Assembly (NCBI GenBank): GCA_017609205.1
Contig: JAFCEL010000001.1
Span: 180,001-212,000, forward strand
Direction: 5' to 3'
Origin: Candidatus Saccharimonadota bacterium
GTDB taxonomy: Archaea > Nanobdellota > Nanobdellia > Pacearchaeales > GW2011-AR1
Length of the DNA: 32,000 nt
Both the position numbers and the translations under genes were made by a program. The notes below the pieces were generated by a model that was not told where the DNA came from, ran no database searches, and worked only from the letters and a program-made list of their open reading frames with translations. Each line of letters starts with the position of its first letter. Within the stretch, counting starts at the first letter, position 1. Below, piece after piece: positions 13,988 to 23,913 of the stretch.

Positions 13988-15265
13988 TTACTCAACCAGC
14001 CTATCATTTAATTCGTGGCTAAAATTCTTCAACATTACTTCTTTTATCTTTTCCTTTGATTTTGCCCATTCATCATGCCCAAGCACCCATCCCAATTTTA
14101 GCAGTGCTGTTTCAGCGAGCATATCTTCCAAATAAATAATCCCTGTTTCCAATAACTCCCTACCATTTGAATAAACAAGAGGATTAACTCTTCCAAAAAT
14201 ACACTGGCTTGTTGCACAGATAATAAGCCCTTTTTTCTGAACCTCTTTTAATTTTTTAGTCCAACCAATTCTTGCCCTTTTTGTCGGAGCATGTCCTAAA
14301 CCAGACATCTCTAATATAACCCCCTTATATTTTTTTTTCATATAATAATCAAGAATATCAGGTGATTGTCCTGGATAAATTTTTACTAAAGCGACCTTTT
14401 CCTCAAATTTTGTGTCTAATCTTAATTTCCTCCCATTATCTCTAAGCCGATAATTAGAAACCTTGATAATCTTATCAGGATAAATTTCTGCAAAAGGCCT
14501 TGCATTCACAACCTTAAAAGCATCCCGTCGTGAAGTATGCATCTTTCGAACTTTTGTCCCAGGCATTGCATAACAAAAATCATCGTTAGAAGAAGCATGT
14601 CCAACAAGCATAACCTCTGCTATATCTGAAATCGCAGCTAGTGCAGCACATTGCAGATTCAAATTAGCATCACTAGAAGCCCTATCAATGCTTCTTTGTG
14701 AATAAGTTAACACAACCGGTTTGTTGAGATTTCTCAAGAAAAAACTCAGGATAGCAGAAGTATAATGTAGAAAATCAGTTCCATGAGTAATTATAACACC
14801 ATCTACATTAGAATCTCTCAGAAGTTTTTCTGTTGTCTTAGCAATTTTTTTCCAGTCGCGAAAATCCATATCTTCAGATGCTTTCATAAACGGAACTTCA
14901 AGTTTTATTACATTAACTTTATCAAATATTTCAGGATAGAATTTGAATAAATTCTCTGGAGTATCAAGCCAATCAACCCCTCCTCTTCTTGGATTTAAAC
15001 GAGCAGCGATTGTCCCTCCTGTAATAATCATTGCTATATTTCTTTTTTCTCTGTCTTTTTTCAATTCAATTTTCTCTTTAATATCCAGACCTTTCTTAAT
15101 CAATCTAACCTCTAAGATATCCCGTTTATTCAAACCAATATTATATCCTGAATCAAGTTTTAGCATAATAATTCCTGGCTCTGTAGATTCTAATAAGACC
15201 CCTGAATAATCTTCATTAGGAAGAGAGATTTTTACTCTGTCTCCAGGATGGATATTTTTTTTCAT
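13988..15265 (-). CDS. gatD: Glu-tRNA(Gln) amidotransferase subunit D (asparaginase-like)
   Basis: N-terminal GatD-specific domain followed by asparaginase motifs (ITGGTIAA, HGTDFLHYT). At 425 aa it has the usual archaeal GatD length. No gatE is present in the window. Confidence 0.88.
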   Translation of the reverse strand: MKKNIHPGDRVKISLPNEDYSGVLLESTEPGIIMLKLDSGYNIGLNKRDILEVRLIKKGLDIKEKIELKKDREKRNIAMIITGGTIAARLNPRRGGVDWLDTPENLFKFYPEIFDKVNVIKLEVPFMKASEDMDFRDWKKIAKTTEKLLRDSNVDGVIITHGTDFLHYTSAILSFFLRNLNKPVVLTYSQRSIDRASSDANLNLQCAALAAISDIAEVMLVGHASSNDDFCYAMPGTKVRKMHTSRRDAFKVVNARPFAEIYPDKIIKVSNYRLRDNGRKLRLDTKFEEKVALVKIYPGQSPDILDYYMKKKYKGVILEMSGLGHAPTKRARIGWTKKLKEVQKKGLIICATSQCIFGRVNPLVYSNGRELLETGIIYLEDMLAETALLKLGWVLGHDEWAKSKEKIKEVMLKNFSHELNDRLVE

Positions 15266-15343
15266 AATAGAAGTAAATAATTAGAAGTTAAAAAATTATG
15301 TGTTGGCAATTTTATAAAAATATTTTAATTTAAGAAAATCGAA

Positions 15344-15415
15344 TGGACCTGCGAGGATTCGAACCTCGATCAGCCGGGCCGAAACCGGATATTCTATCCA
15401 TTGAACTACAGGTCC
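15344..15415 (-). tRNA. tRNA-Arg (anticodon UCG)
   Basis: Hand-folded cloverleaf. The acceptor is GGACCUG/CAGGUCC and the D arm is GUUC-AAUGGAUA-GAAU. The anticodon arm is UCCGG-UUUCGGC-CCGGC, with a U27.C43 mismatch. The T arm is CGAGG-UUCGAAU-CCUCG, the discriminator is A, and no CCA is encoded. Confidence 0.85.
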
Positions 15416-15479
15416 TGATATTTAAAAATAAAAAAGGTTTTTATAGTTTAAGATTCTTAAAATTCAAAAAAGAGTTCAA

Positions 15480-16361
15480 ATGCCACTAAAGAAACATCAT
15501 AAAATTATGATTGGAAGTTTTAGTTCTTTTTTAATAATCTTATTAATAGCTAACAGTGTCTTTATCTATATTCTATACGGACAATTACAGATAAATTATG
15601 CAAAATTAAATTCAGAAATAACCACGCTCAAAGAAGATACTCAAAGCAAATTAAATGAACTTACAGAAAGCGCCATTAAAACACAGCAAGAAATAACAGA
15701 GATAAATACTCGAGTAGGTTCTATTAATGAAGAATTCAGCCGATTAGGAGAACAATTTAATGAACTAAAAAGTTCTGTTGGAGAGGATTTTTCAGACATA
15801 ATTGGTGATGTTGTGAAAGCAGTTGTAACCATCAAAACAGATGTCGGGCAAGGAACAGGATTTATAATAACTAATGATGGATATATTGTTACTAACGCTC
15901 ATGTTTTATCTGGAGGGAGAATAATTCAAGCAATTGATTATAATCAAAATACAATAAATGCTGATTTTATAGGGTATGATGGAACACTTGATATAGCTCT
16001 CCTAAAAATCCCTGGGACATATGAAAGATTAGAATTGCAAGATTCAGATGATATTCAAATTGGAGAAAAAGTTATAGCAATAGGAAATCCTTTGGGGCTT
16101 CAGTTCTCAGTATCACAGGGTATTGTATCAGGAATTCACAGAACAGGACCTAATGGAATGGATGCATATATACAAACTGATGCTGCATTAAACCCTGGGA
16201 ATTCAGGAGGCCCTTTAGTAAATAAAGAAGGAAAAGTTATTGGGATAAATAACTTCAAAATAGGTTCAGGTGAAAGTCTTGGCTTTGCGCTTGAATCAAA
16301 TTACATAAAAAGTGCTGTAGATAAAATTTCTGAGCAGGTGTTGAATAAAACATTAGTCTAA
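15480..16361 (+). CDS. membrane-anchored trypsin-like serine protease (HtrA/DegP-like, no PDZ)
   Basis: N-terminal TM plus coiled-coil, then an S1C protease core: GTGFIITNDGYIVTNAHV (His), DIALLKI (Asp), GNSGGPLV (Ser). Confidence 0.85.
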   Translation: MPLKKHHKIMIGSFSSFLIILLIANSVFIYILYGQLQINYAKLNSEITTLKEDTQSKLNELTESAIKTQQEITEINTRVGSINEEFSRLGEQFNELKSSVGEDFSDIIGDVVKAVVTIKTDVGQGTGFIITNDGYIVTNAHVLSGGRIIQAIDYNQNTINADFIGYDGTLDIALLKIPGTYERLELQDSDDIQIGEKVIAIGNPLGLQFSVSQGIVSGIHRTGPNGMDAYIQTDAALNPGNSGGPLVNKEGKVIGINNFKIGSGESLGFALESNYIKSAVDKISEQVLNKTLV

Positions 16362-16483
16362 TTTACCCAAGAGATATAATCCAGTTTAAACTAATAAAAC
16401 CCTCACTATCCTCTAATTCTTATTTAATACTTTTCTATAAAATAAGATTATTTTAGTAAACAAATACAAAAAAACATTGGGTA

Positions 16484-17125
16484 CTAATCCAAAAGAAAAT
16501 GTTTTGAGAAAATGTGTCTTCTTTTATTTATAAATTTGAATAAATAAAGGATTACTATACTCAGAATTATTACAATAAAAATAAACTTGCCAACGTATTG
16601 GTCAATTATCTCATAACTCTTTCCAAAGAAATAACCAATCAAAACAAATGAGATCGCCCAACTAATACCCCCAATTATGTTGTATGCAAGAAATTTTAAA
16701 AAAGATACATCTGATGAACCAGCAACAAAAGGAGCAAATGCTCTTGTCAGAGGATTAAATCTACCAATAATCAGGGTTTTTCCTGTATGATGGTTCATTA
16801 ACCTTTTTGTCTTTTCAAAATATTTTCTCTTTAAGAAAAAATATTTTCCATATCTTGTAATAAAAGAGTATCCATATTTTTTACCTAACAAATATCCTAT
16901 TAAATCCCCTAAGACTGCTCCCAATGCCACAATAAAGATGGTATCACCAAAATCCAGAATTCCAAGTCTAACAAAAAAACCTCCAATAACCACAATAAGC
17001 TGACCAGGAATTAACAAACCAAAAAGAGGTGATGACTCTAATATTGCAGCAAGTAAAAGAACCCAATATCCCCAATGATTTAAAACCGGAAATGGCAAAC
17101 CCAAGATTTTGTTAATTATTGACAT
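16484..17125 (-). CDS. DedA/VTT-domain family membrane protein
   Basis: Multi-TM protein with the DedA signature region (IIGRFNPLTRAFAPFVAGSS). Confidence 0.8.
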   Translation of the reverse strand: MSIINKILGLPFPVLNHWGYWVLLLAAILESSPLFGLLIPGQLIVVIGGFFVRLGILDFGDTIFIVALGAVLGDLIGYLLGKKYGYSFITRYGKYFFLKRKYFEKTKRLMNHHTGKTLIIGRFNPLTRAFAPFVAGSSDVSFLKFLAYNIIGGISWAISFVLIGYFFGKSYEIIDQYVGKFIFIVIILSIVILYLFKFINKRRHIFSKHFLLD

Positions 17126-17239
17126 CAGAAATAAAAAATAATCAGGGTTATAAATTTATTCAATAGATTCTTTAAGAAATCCGGATGCGACAGAACCTCT
17201 CAAGATTAATTTAATAAACCCTTTTTTCTTTAGGGAGAT

Positions 17240-18712
17240 ATGTCTAAAAAATCGCAGCAAGGAATTACTGCAAAAAAAGAAGAGAATTTCAGCGAATGGT
17301 TTACACAAATTGTCCAAAGATGCGAACTTGCTGATTTGAGAAGTAATGTTAAGGGGTTTCTGATTTTTCAACCGTGGTCTGTTTTGGCAATGGAAAAAAT
17401 GTATAAGATTCTTGAGGAGATTTTGCAGAAAAAAGGACATAAACCTTACTGGTTCCCGACATTGATTCCTGAAAAAAATCTTAAAAAAGAAAGCGAACAT
17501 TTAGGAGGATTCACTCCTGAAGTTTTTTGGGTTACGCATGGAGGAAAGAAGAAATTCGAAGAGAAATTAGCATTAAGACCAACCTCTGAGACAATAATTT
17601 ATCCTATGTTTGGGATATGGATAAGGAGTTACAATGACCTCCCATTCAAAGTCTATCAAAGAGCAAATGTTTTTAGATATGAAACAAAAGCAACGCGTCC
17701 ATTCTTAAGAAGCAGAGAATTCCATTGGATAGAAAGACATTCTGCACATTCTACAGAAGAAGATGCCTTCAATCAAGTAAAAGAAGACATGAAAACCACA
17801 GAAGAATTTCTTCATGACATACTCGGAATACCTTTTATTTTCTTCAAAAGACCTGAATGGGATAAATTCTCAGGAGCAGCAAGAACATTTGCAGCAGATG
17901 CATTAAATCCCGACGGAAAAGTTATACAACAACCATCAACACACATGATATCGCAAAAGTTTTCAAGAGCATTTGATGTGAAATTTAAAGACAAGGATGG
18001 AAAAGATAAATATTGTTATATCACTTGTTATGGTCCTGCTATATCAAGGATATTCGCAAGCGTCATAATAACTCATGGTGATAATAAAGGGTTAAAATTC
18101 CCATGGGAGATTGCTCCAACACAGGTTGTAATAATCCCAATAGACAAGAAAGTAAAACAAAAAGCAGAACAGCTAAAAAGAAAAATTGAGAAAATCGCGT
18201 CAGTCGAGATTGATTATTCCGACAAACGTCCAGGAGAAAAATTCAATTACTGGGAAATGAAGGGGGTTCCTATTAGAATTGATTTAGGATTAAAAGATTT
18301 AGAAAAAAATAGAATAACAATTTTCCGCAGGGATTTAAACAGGAAAGAAATCTCAGTGAAGTCCAAGGATGTAAAAGAACCTATAGAAAATATTGTTCTC
18401 AAAAGGATCAAAGAAATATCAAAAGAATTCACAAAAAATCTAATAAAACAGGCAGATAAAGTCTTTGAAAATAGGGTCAAAGAAGCAAAAAGCATAAAAG
18501 AAATAAATTCTGCAATCAAAGAAGGTGCAATTGTAAAGTGCAATTTTTGTTCTCTAGAAAAAGATGGAGAAAAATGCGCAGAGGTTATTGAAAAAGAAAT
18601 TGGAGCAGAAGTCCGAGGAACAAAACTCGATGAGAGACAAAAACCAAGTGGAAAGTGTGTAATCTGTGGAAAAGAAGCCAATCACATTGTTTATATTGCT
18701 AAAAGTTACTAA
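17240..18712 (+). CDS. proS: prolyl-tRNA synthetase, archaeal/eukaryotic type
   Basis: FSEWFTQIVQRCELADLR, RPTSET, FRYETKATRPFLRSREFHW, and a C-terminal Zn-binding domain ending in ...IAKSY. Confidence 0.92.
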   Translation: MSKKSQQGITAKKEENFSEWFTQIVQRCELADLRSNVKGFLIFQPWSVLAMEKMYKILEEILQKKGHKPYWFPTLIPEKNLKKESEHLGGFTPEVFWVTHGGKKKFEEKLALRPTSETIIYPMFGIWIRSYNDLPFKVYQRANVFRYETKATRPFLRSREFHWIERHSAHSTEEDAFNQVKEDMKTTEEFLHDILGIPFIFFKRPEWDKFSGAARTFAADALNPDGKVIQQPSTHMISQKFSRAFDVKFKDKDGKDKYCYITCYGPAISRIFASVIITHGDNKGLKFPWEIAPTQVVIIPIDKKVKQKAEQLKRKIEKIASVEIDYSDKRPGEKFNYWEMKGVPIRIDLGLKDLEKNRITIFRRDLNRKEISVKSKDVKEPIENIVLKRIKEISKEFTKNLIKQADKVFENRVKEAKSIKEINSAIKEGAIVKCNFCSLEKDGEKCAEVIEKEIGAEVRGTKLDERQKPSGKCVICGKEANHIVYIAKSY

Positions 18713-19097
18713 TTTCAATAATCATTTTGCATACACCATACTAAGTAAGGCAAGGAAAACTATCTTTGATTACTGATTATTCTTTTCAGTTATCTCCTTT
18801 AATTCACCTTCTAATCTTAAAGTAAATTCTATTAAATCTCTCAATTCATCTTCAAGAGTTGCTTTCTCTGAAAGTTGCATTTTTTAACAAAAATTCAATT
18901 CCTTTAAGTTCTGAATTTTAAGAAACAAACCTTAATTCAATTCAGAACCCAAAAGAACCGAATTAAATTAAGGGTATTTAATTATAGTAGAGACTAAGCC
19001 AAAACCATAAAGGCTCCAATTAAGACTTAGTCCATTATTCATAGAAAACTAAAGAAATTATTATTTATAATCTTTTCGTTAGAAAAGGATGCTAATC

Positions 19098-20144
19098 TTA
19101 ACCCCTCTTATAAACTTTATTTGCAACAATTCTCATCTTAGTTTCAAAATCTTTGAGAAGGGAAGCATTCATTCTTGCTCCGACAGATCTCTCATGCCCT
19201 CCTCCAATAGCATTCTCAAAATCCTTGATAACCTCCTTAAAAATTTCAAGAGCATTCTTTCCTCTGATGGAAATATTTGCATAAGAGTCTTTAACATAAG
19301 CAATAACCACTAGTTTATTAGGAAATAAATAACCCATTTCATCTGCAATTGAAGAGCTGATACTCATATCTCCTGAATAACAGAAGAATAAAACTTTATC
19401 ATTAATTCTCTCGCATTCAATTGCTCTCTTCAATAATCTTTTATACTTCTTATTAATATAATTAAATCTCTTATGCATAGTATAATTCTTAGAGTTTTCT
19501 TCGAGAACTTCATAGGGGGTTTTGACAGAAACAAGGAAATTTATAAGTTTAATAATATTAGTTGTCCTATCTTTCAGAGCAAAATTAAAGATTTCTGTAA
19601 TCTTCCCTATTCGTGACCTATACCTTATATCAAAAGCATCTGAATGTTTACAAGATAAATCAGGATATCTTTTTTCAAACTCATCATAGAAATCAGGAAT
19701 AAACCTATCAGCGATGCATCCGATAACTGCAATCCATAAATCCTCTTTTCTTTCTGTTGCTTTATAACAAAGATAAGTCGTAGGCAATGAAAGATTTTCA
19801 ATAAGAGGGTTATAATAATTAACAAAATCAGGTATCTTAGATAATTCAAAATCGTGATGGTCTATCCAGACAACAGGAAGATTTATTTCCTGAACTCTCT
19901 CAAAAAAACCTTCAGAAACAAGAGCTTTATCAAGGATAAAGATGTAATCAGGATTAAATTCTCTTACTTTTCCAAAATAACTTTTTGTCAATTCTCCTTT
20001 TACACAAACTCCTTTTCCAACACCTAATGCTCTCCTTAATAAAAGAAAACTGCATAGTCCATCAGCATCATTATCAAAAAAGAAAACAGGATTTTGCGCC
20101 TTATTAAGACTTTCCTGAATATCTTTTATCTGATTGGATAGCAT
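19098..20144 (-). CDS. DHH/DHHA1 family phosphoesterase (RecJ/NrnA-like)
   Basis: DHH motifs FFFDNDADGLCS, VWIDHHD and DHHA1 GGGHERSVGA. It lies immediately downstream of disA on the same strand. Confidence 0.75.
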   Translation of the reverse strand: MLSNQIKDIQESLNKAQNPVFFFDNDADGLCSFLLLRRALGVGKGVCVKGELTKSYFGKVREFNPDYIFILDKALVSEGFFERVQEINLPVVWIDHHDFELSKIPDFVNYYNPLIENLSLPTTYLCYKATERKEDLWIAVIGCIADRFIPDFYDEFEKRYPDLSCKHSDAFDIRYRSRIGKITEIFNFALKDRTTNIIKLINFLVSVKTPYEVLEENSKNYTMHKRFNYINKKYKRLLKRAIECERINDKVLFFCYSGDMSISSSIADEMGYLFPNKLVVIAYVKDSYANISIRGKNALEIFKEVIKDFENAIGGGHERSVGARMNASLLKDFETKMRIVANKVYKRG

Positions 20145-20178
20145 GAATAAAATCAGAAAGAGACTATTTAAGATTTTA

Positions 20179-21276
20179 CTAAATTATCTTCCCTTCCATA
20201 ATCTTCTCCTTTAAACCATCAAGCTGTGTTTTAAGGGAACTTGCAGAATCTTTGTCTTCTCTAATTTTAAAGAGAGATTCTTTATCTATATCTAAAATAT
20301 TTCCTATATTCTCAAAACTATTTATTAGTTTAGATGTCTCTTCTTCAGAAAGATTTAATTTGCTTAAAATTCTTTTACCTTTAGAAGAAATTATATTATT
20401 TTTTGCATCTCCAAAAAGAACCCTCTGAAGATTAGAAAGCTCAAGAAGAGAATCAAAATTCAGGTCTTTAAGAGAATTTTTAATTTTAGTAGAACTATTA
20501 GGGAAGTAATCCTCAATCAGAAGATTTTTTTCTTTTGAAAGATTTCTAGTTAATTCCTTTAGTCTCATGCTTACAATTATCCCTTCTTTGCCTAATTCTA
20601 TGAGATATCTTTTTATGATATCTGAAGTTCTTTGAATTATCTCCATCTTCTGGATAACATTGCAAACATCCATAGAAGTTGCAAGATTATTTATCTCAAG
20701 AATATTTAGATTCGTAAATAATTCATCTAAGATATCTTTCTGCTTCTCAATAATTTGAAGCGTCTCTGTGGCTCTTCTTAAAATCTCTGAACTATCTTCA
20801 AGCACATATCTTGCATTTCCATAATAAACAGTAATCTTATTCTTTCTCTTTGAAACAGCAATAATAATTGTTTTTATCTGTTTAGAAGTCCTCTCAGCTG
20901 CCTTATGTCTTGTTCCGGTCTCCCTTGTCTTGATATGAACATCAGGTACTAGAAGAGTATTTGCATACAGAATTTTTTTCATATCTTCAGATAGAATAAT
21001 TGCACCATCCATTTTTGCAAGCTCAACTAATTTTTGAGGACTAAATTTTGTATTAACCCTAAAACCCCCGTCTACAATACTTAAAAGACTTCCCTTATCA
21101 ATAGCAATTAACGCCCCAATTCGTGCTCTTAAAATATCATCCAGAGCATTCCTAATTGAAGTTCCAGGGGAAAATAGTTTCAGTACGTCTAAAAAATCTT
21201 TCTCTCTTTCAACATTTCTAGTAGATACCCTCCTATCCCCTCTCCCAATAAATTTTCCAGTTTCGTCTTTTTTCAT
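20179..21276 (-). CDS. disA: diadenylate cyclase, DisA-type (DAC domain, DisA linker, HhH-like tail)
   Basis: Colinear with bacterial DisA: FSPGTSIRNALDDILRA, ELAKMDGAIILSEDMKKILYANTLLVPD, ETGTRHKAAERTSKQ, followed by a linker-domain match. Confidence 0.88.
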   Translation of the reverse strand: MKKDETGKFIGRGDRRVSTRNVEREKDFLDVLKLFSPGTSIRNALDDILRARIGALIAIDKGSLLSIVDGGFRVNTKFSPQKLVELAKMDGAIILSEDMKKILYANTLLVPDVHIKTRETGTRHKAAERTSKQIKTIIIAVSKRKNKITVYYGNARYVLEDSSEILRRATETLQIIEKQKDILDELFTNLNILEINNLATSMDVCNVIQKMEIIQRTSDIIKRYLIELGKEGIIVSMRLKELTRNLSKEKNLLIEDYFPNSSTKIKNSLKDLNFDSLLELSNLQRVLFGDAKNNIISSKGKRILSKLNLSEEETSKLINSFENIGNILDIDKESLFKIREDKDSASSLKTQLDGLKEKIMEGKII

Positions 21277-21315
21277 CTAGTTCTAGAGGCTAAGAAATAT
21301 ATAAAGATTTAGGAG

Positions 21316-22347
21316 TTATTCGATAATTTTTGTCTCTAATTTCTTATATCCGAAAAAATCAGTTGTATAATTATAAGCACCTGCATTCAGAAAAATTATT
21401 TTATCACCAACCTTGGGTTCTTTTAATTTAACCTTATATCTAAAGATATCATCCCTCGTAGGAGAATTTCCCTTAATTAAAAAATATTTGCCCTCATCTT
21501 CCTCTTCTAATTCTCCCTGAACTAACATCTTTGTTCCAGTTAAGAGAGTGTCCAAAGCGCAATTGTAGATAGTTGTATTAATTATAATATTGTTCTCTTG
21601 TATCTGGATTATTTCTGTTTCAAGTTTTATACATGGTGCTGCAAGAAATCTTCCTGGCTCTATCCAAGTTTCAATATTATAATCTTCAAGAAATTTTCTC
21701 ACTTCAAGAATCTTCTCAAAAATGTAATCTAAAACTTTCAAAGCATAACTTCGGTATCTTATAGGCAAGCCCCCTCCTATATTCAAAAAAGATATTCTAT
21801 TCAAAGTCTCTTTAGTCAAGGAATCCTCAATCTCCTCCTTAATATCCCATTCAGAAACATTTTGTGATTTTCTGTGAATGTGTACCCCTAAATGAGCTAT
21901 ACAATTATTTCTCCAAATTCTCTCAACAATCTTATTAATTTTCTTCGCGGGCATTCCATAAACAAAATATTTCCCACTTCCGATTCTATGCTCAGAGAAT
22001 TTCATTCTTAAGGACAAATTAATTTGATAGCCATTTATAACACTCAATAATCTTTCTAAGTCAACCTCATTATCAACAACAAAATTCCTGACACCATCCT
22101 CCAGAATCTCCCTTAATTCCCCCCTACTTTCTGCTTGAATAAAAAACCAAATTCTCTTCTTATCAAGAATAATATCAATTTCTTCTCGAGAATGGATTGA
22201 GAAGTCAATATCAGAAATCTCCTGCAAAACATTTCCAACCTCCTTATTTGTCTTATAAGAATAGGAAATTCTCATTCCAAGAGATTTTAATTTATCAACT
22301 TGTTCCAATAATTTCCCCTTAGATAGGATAAACCTTGCTTCACTCAT
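21316..22347 (-). CDS. PLP-dependent decarboxylase, Orn/Lys/Arg/DAP decarboxylase family (fold type III)
   Basis: YSYKTN (PLP lysine), NIGGGLP, EPGRFLAAP and NAGAYNY motifs. It is short (343 aa). It overlaps the deoxyhypusine synthase gene by 8 nt. Confidence 0.7.
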   Translation of the reverse strand: MSEARFILSKGKLLEQVDKLKSLGMRISYSYKTNKEVGNVLQEISDIDFSIHSREEIDIILDKKRIWFFIQAESRGELREILEDGVRNFVVDNEVDLERLLSVINGYQINLSLRMKFSEHRIGSGKYFVYGMPAKKINKIVERIWRNNCIAHLGVHIHRKSQNVSEWDIKEEIEDSLTKETLNRISFLNIGGGLPIRYRSYALKVLDYIFEKILEVRKFLEDYNIETWIEPGRFLAAPCIKLETEIIQIQENNIIINTTIYNCALDTLLTGTKMLVQGELEEEDEGKYFLIKGNSPTRDDIFRYKVKLKEPKVGDKIIFLNAGAYNYTTDFFGYKKLETKIIE

Positions 22348-23281
22348 TTAAAAGCCCCTCGTTTTTTAATTCATCCAGAACATAACTCATCATTAAAGGA
22401 AATGTTATACAAACATCACCATTTACTGTAGCAGCTTCTGCATTATCTCTAATCTTCCCCCATGATTTTGCCTCTTGTGTAGTCGCACCTGAAAAACTCC
22501 CTGATGAAGCATGTGAAGTAGTCATATAAACAGCATAATCAAAACCTCCAGAAAGCAAGGCAGCAAAAATAGCGTAGTGTTTTGATATGCTTCCTCCCAA
22601 TGAGATTAAACCTTTTTTCTCATCAAAACCCAAATCAGTAACAATCTTTTGCATGTCTTGAATTGTATCGACTATAAAATCATCATGGGTTTGCTGAAAC
22701 ATAAAAAGTTGAAAACCAAAACTTGAATCAGCAATTCCGGGACAATAGATTGGAATATTTCTTTTTGCAGATTGGTATAAAATAGAATTCTTATCGTTCA
22801 GCATCAACCCAATTTCTTTTAATAGTTCTGAAACAGAAATCCTTTTCTTTTTCTTATAAATCTTTTCTAAAAAGCTTCTCATTAAATCCTCAAACCGCAT
22901 ATAACTTTCAGTCCTAATCAATATATTTCCAATTCTATTCTCTCCACGTTCATGAAGCTGTAAATCGTCAGCATTAAAATTAGAGAGTTCAAAGTCTTCC
23001 CCAATTGCTTTCATAATATCCTCCTCAATGCTCCCTGAAGTTGTAACGAGAATATCTGGTATTCCTAGATTACATAACTGAGCAAAAAACCCTCTTAATC
23101 CAGACGTTACCATATTGGAAGTAAAAGTCAAGAAAACTCTCGCTCCAGACCTCTTCATTTTCAAGACAACTTTCGCTGCCTCATGAAGTTCAATGGCCTG
23201 GTAGCCCAAATTTCCAAATAATCCAACACATTCTTTTACAGACATATTCGGCTTCCATAGAAAATCCTTAACTTTTTTCAT
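22340..23281 (-). CDS. dys: deoxyhypusine synthase
   Basis: FLTFTSNMVTSGLRGFFAQL, IPIYCPGIADSSFG and SLGGSISKHY motifs. At 313 aa it has the usual archaeal DHS length. Confidence 0.85.
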   Translation of the reverse strand: MKKVKDFLWKPNMSVKECVGLFGNLGYQAIELHEAAKVVLKMKRSGARVFLTFTSNMVTSGLRGFFAQLCNLGIPDILVTTSGSIEEDIMKAIGEDFELSNFNADDLQLHERGENRIGNILIRTESYMRFEDLMRSFLEKIYKKKKRISVSELLKEIGLMLNDKNSILYQSAKRNIPIYCPGIADSSFGFQLFMFQQTHDDFIVDTIQDMQKIVTDLGFDEKKGLISLGGSISKHYAIFAALLSGGFDYAVYMTTSHASSGSFSGATTQEAKSWGKIRDNAEAATVNGDVCITFPLMMSYVLDELKNEGLLNE

Positions 23282-23439
23282 TTTAGATAATAAAGTTTAC
23301 ACTAGAGAATTAAAAAATTGGAATTGCTAAACAACTCAAACAATAATCCATAAATCTAAAATAAGAAATTGTTTTAAAACCTTTCGATATACTTTATCAC
23401 AAAAATATTTTTAAACTAAATTAAATAAGTATCTTCACA

Positions 23440-23625
23440 ATGAACAAATGGTTAGAGATTTTTATTGGACTGATTTTAGTAGTCCTGGCAATTTATATCT
23501 GGGGAATGAATTACCTCGGAGCAGGAACTGCAGCATTTGAAATCCTAAAGGGAGGAATTCTCTGGATGATAATTCTCATTGGAGCAATGTTCTTACTTTT
23601 AGGAATAAGCGATCTAAGAGAATAA
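23440..23625 (+). CDS. small 2-TM membrane protein
   Basis: 61 aa with two hydrophobic helices. No family recognised. Confidence 0.4.
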   Translation: MNKWLEIFIGLILVVLAIYIWGMNYLGAGTAAFEILKGGILWMIILIGAMFLLLGISDLRE

Positions 23626-23657
23626 TTCTAATAAAAAGAAAAGAAAAATAAAATATT

Positions 23658-23837
23658 TTATTTGAAAATTTTATACAGTGCAAAAACTCCGCATAGAGCT
23701 ATAACATAATAAACAAGTGCTTCAATAGATGCCCAATTTCCAAAAATCAGATTCACAAGATTAAATCCGAATTCATTAAGGCCCCAATTTATAGCCCCAA
23801 CAGCAGATAAAACTAATGCTGTCTTTTCATACCACAT
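23658..23837 (-). CDS. DUF378 family small membrane protein (59 aa)
   Basis: Hand translation gives MWYEKTALVLSAVGAINWGLNEFGFNLVNLIFGNWASIEALVYYVIALCGVFALYKIFK*. It matches the DUF378 pattern (G..NWGL..f.fNLV..lfG). It is below the ORF-track cutoff. Confidence 0.65.
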   Translation of the reverse strand: MWYEKTALVLSAVGAINWGLNEFGFNLVNLIFGNWASIEALVYYVIALCGVFALYKIFK

Positions 23838-23913
23838 CTTAACCTCTTTTTATTTTAATTTACATAGGGATAGTCCCTATAAATATACAGAGAAAAGAAT
23901 ATATAAAATTAAC

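Noticed and set aside
14943-15209. 88-aa plus-strand ORF
   Set aside because: It is antisense within gatD.
15641-15835. 64-aa minus-strand ORF
   Set aside because: It is antisense within the serine protease gene.
17156-17500. 114-aa minus-strand ORF overlapping the proS start
   Set aside because: It is antisense to the well-supported ProRS N-terminus and has no motifs.
17812-18681. Minus-strand ORFs of 60 and 144 aa
   Set aside because: They lie antisense within proS.
18770-18880. 36-codon minus-strand ORF (MQLSEKATLEDELRDLIEFTLRLEGELKEITEKNNQ*) in the proS downstream spacer
   Set aside because: It is too short and featureless to support. It is noted only because the spacer is long.
19089-19849. 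74-aa plus-strand and 74-aa minus-strand alternative-frame ORFs
   Set aside because: They overlap the DHH phosphoesterase gene, one antisense and one in an alternative frame.
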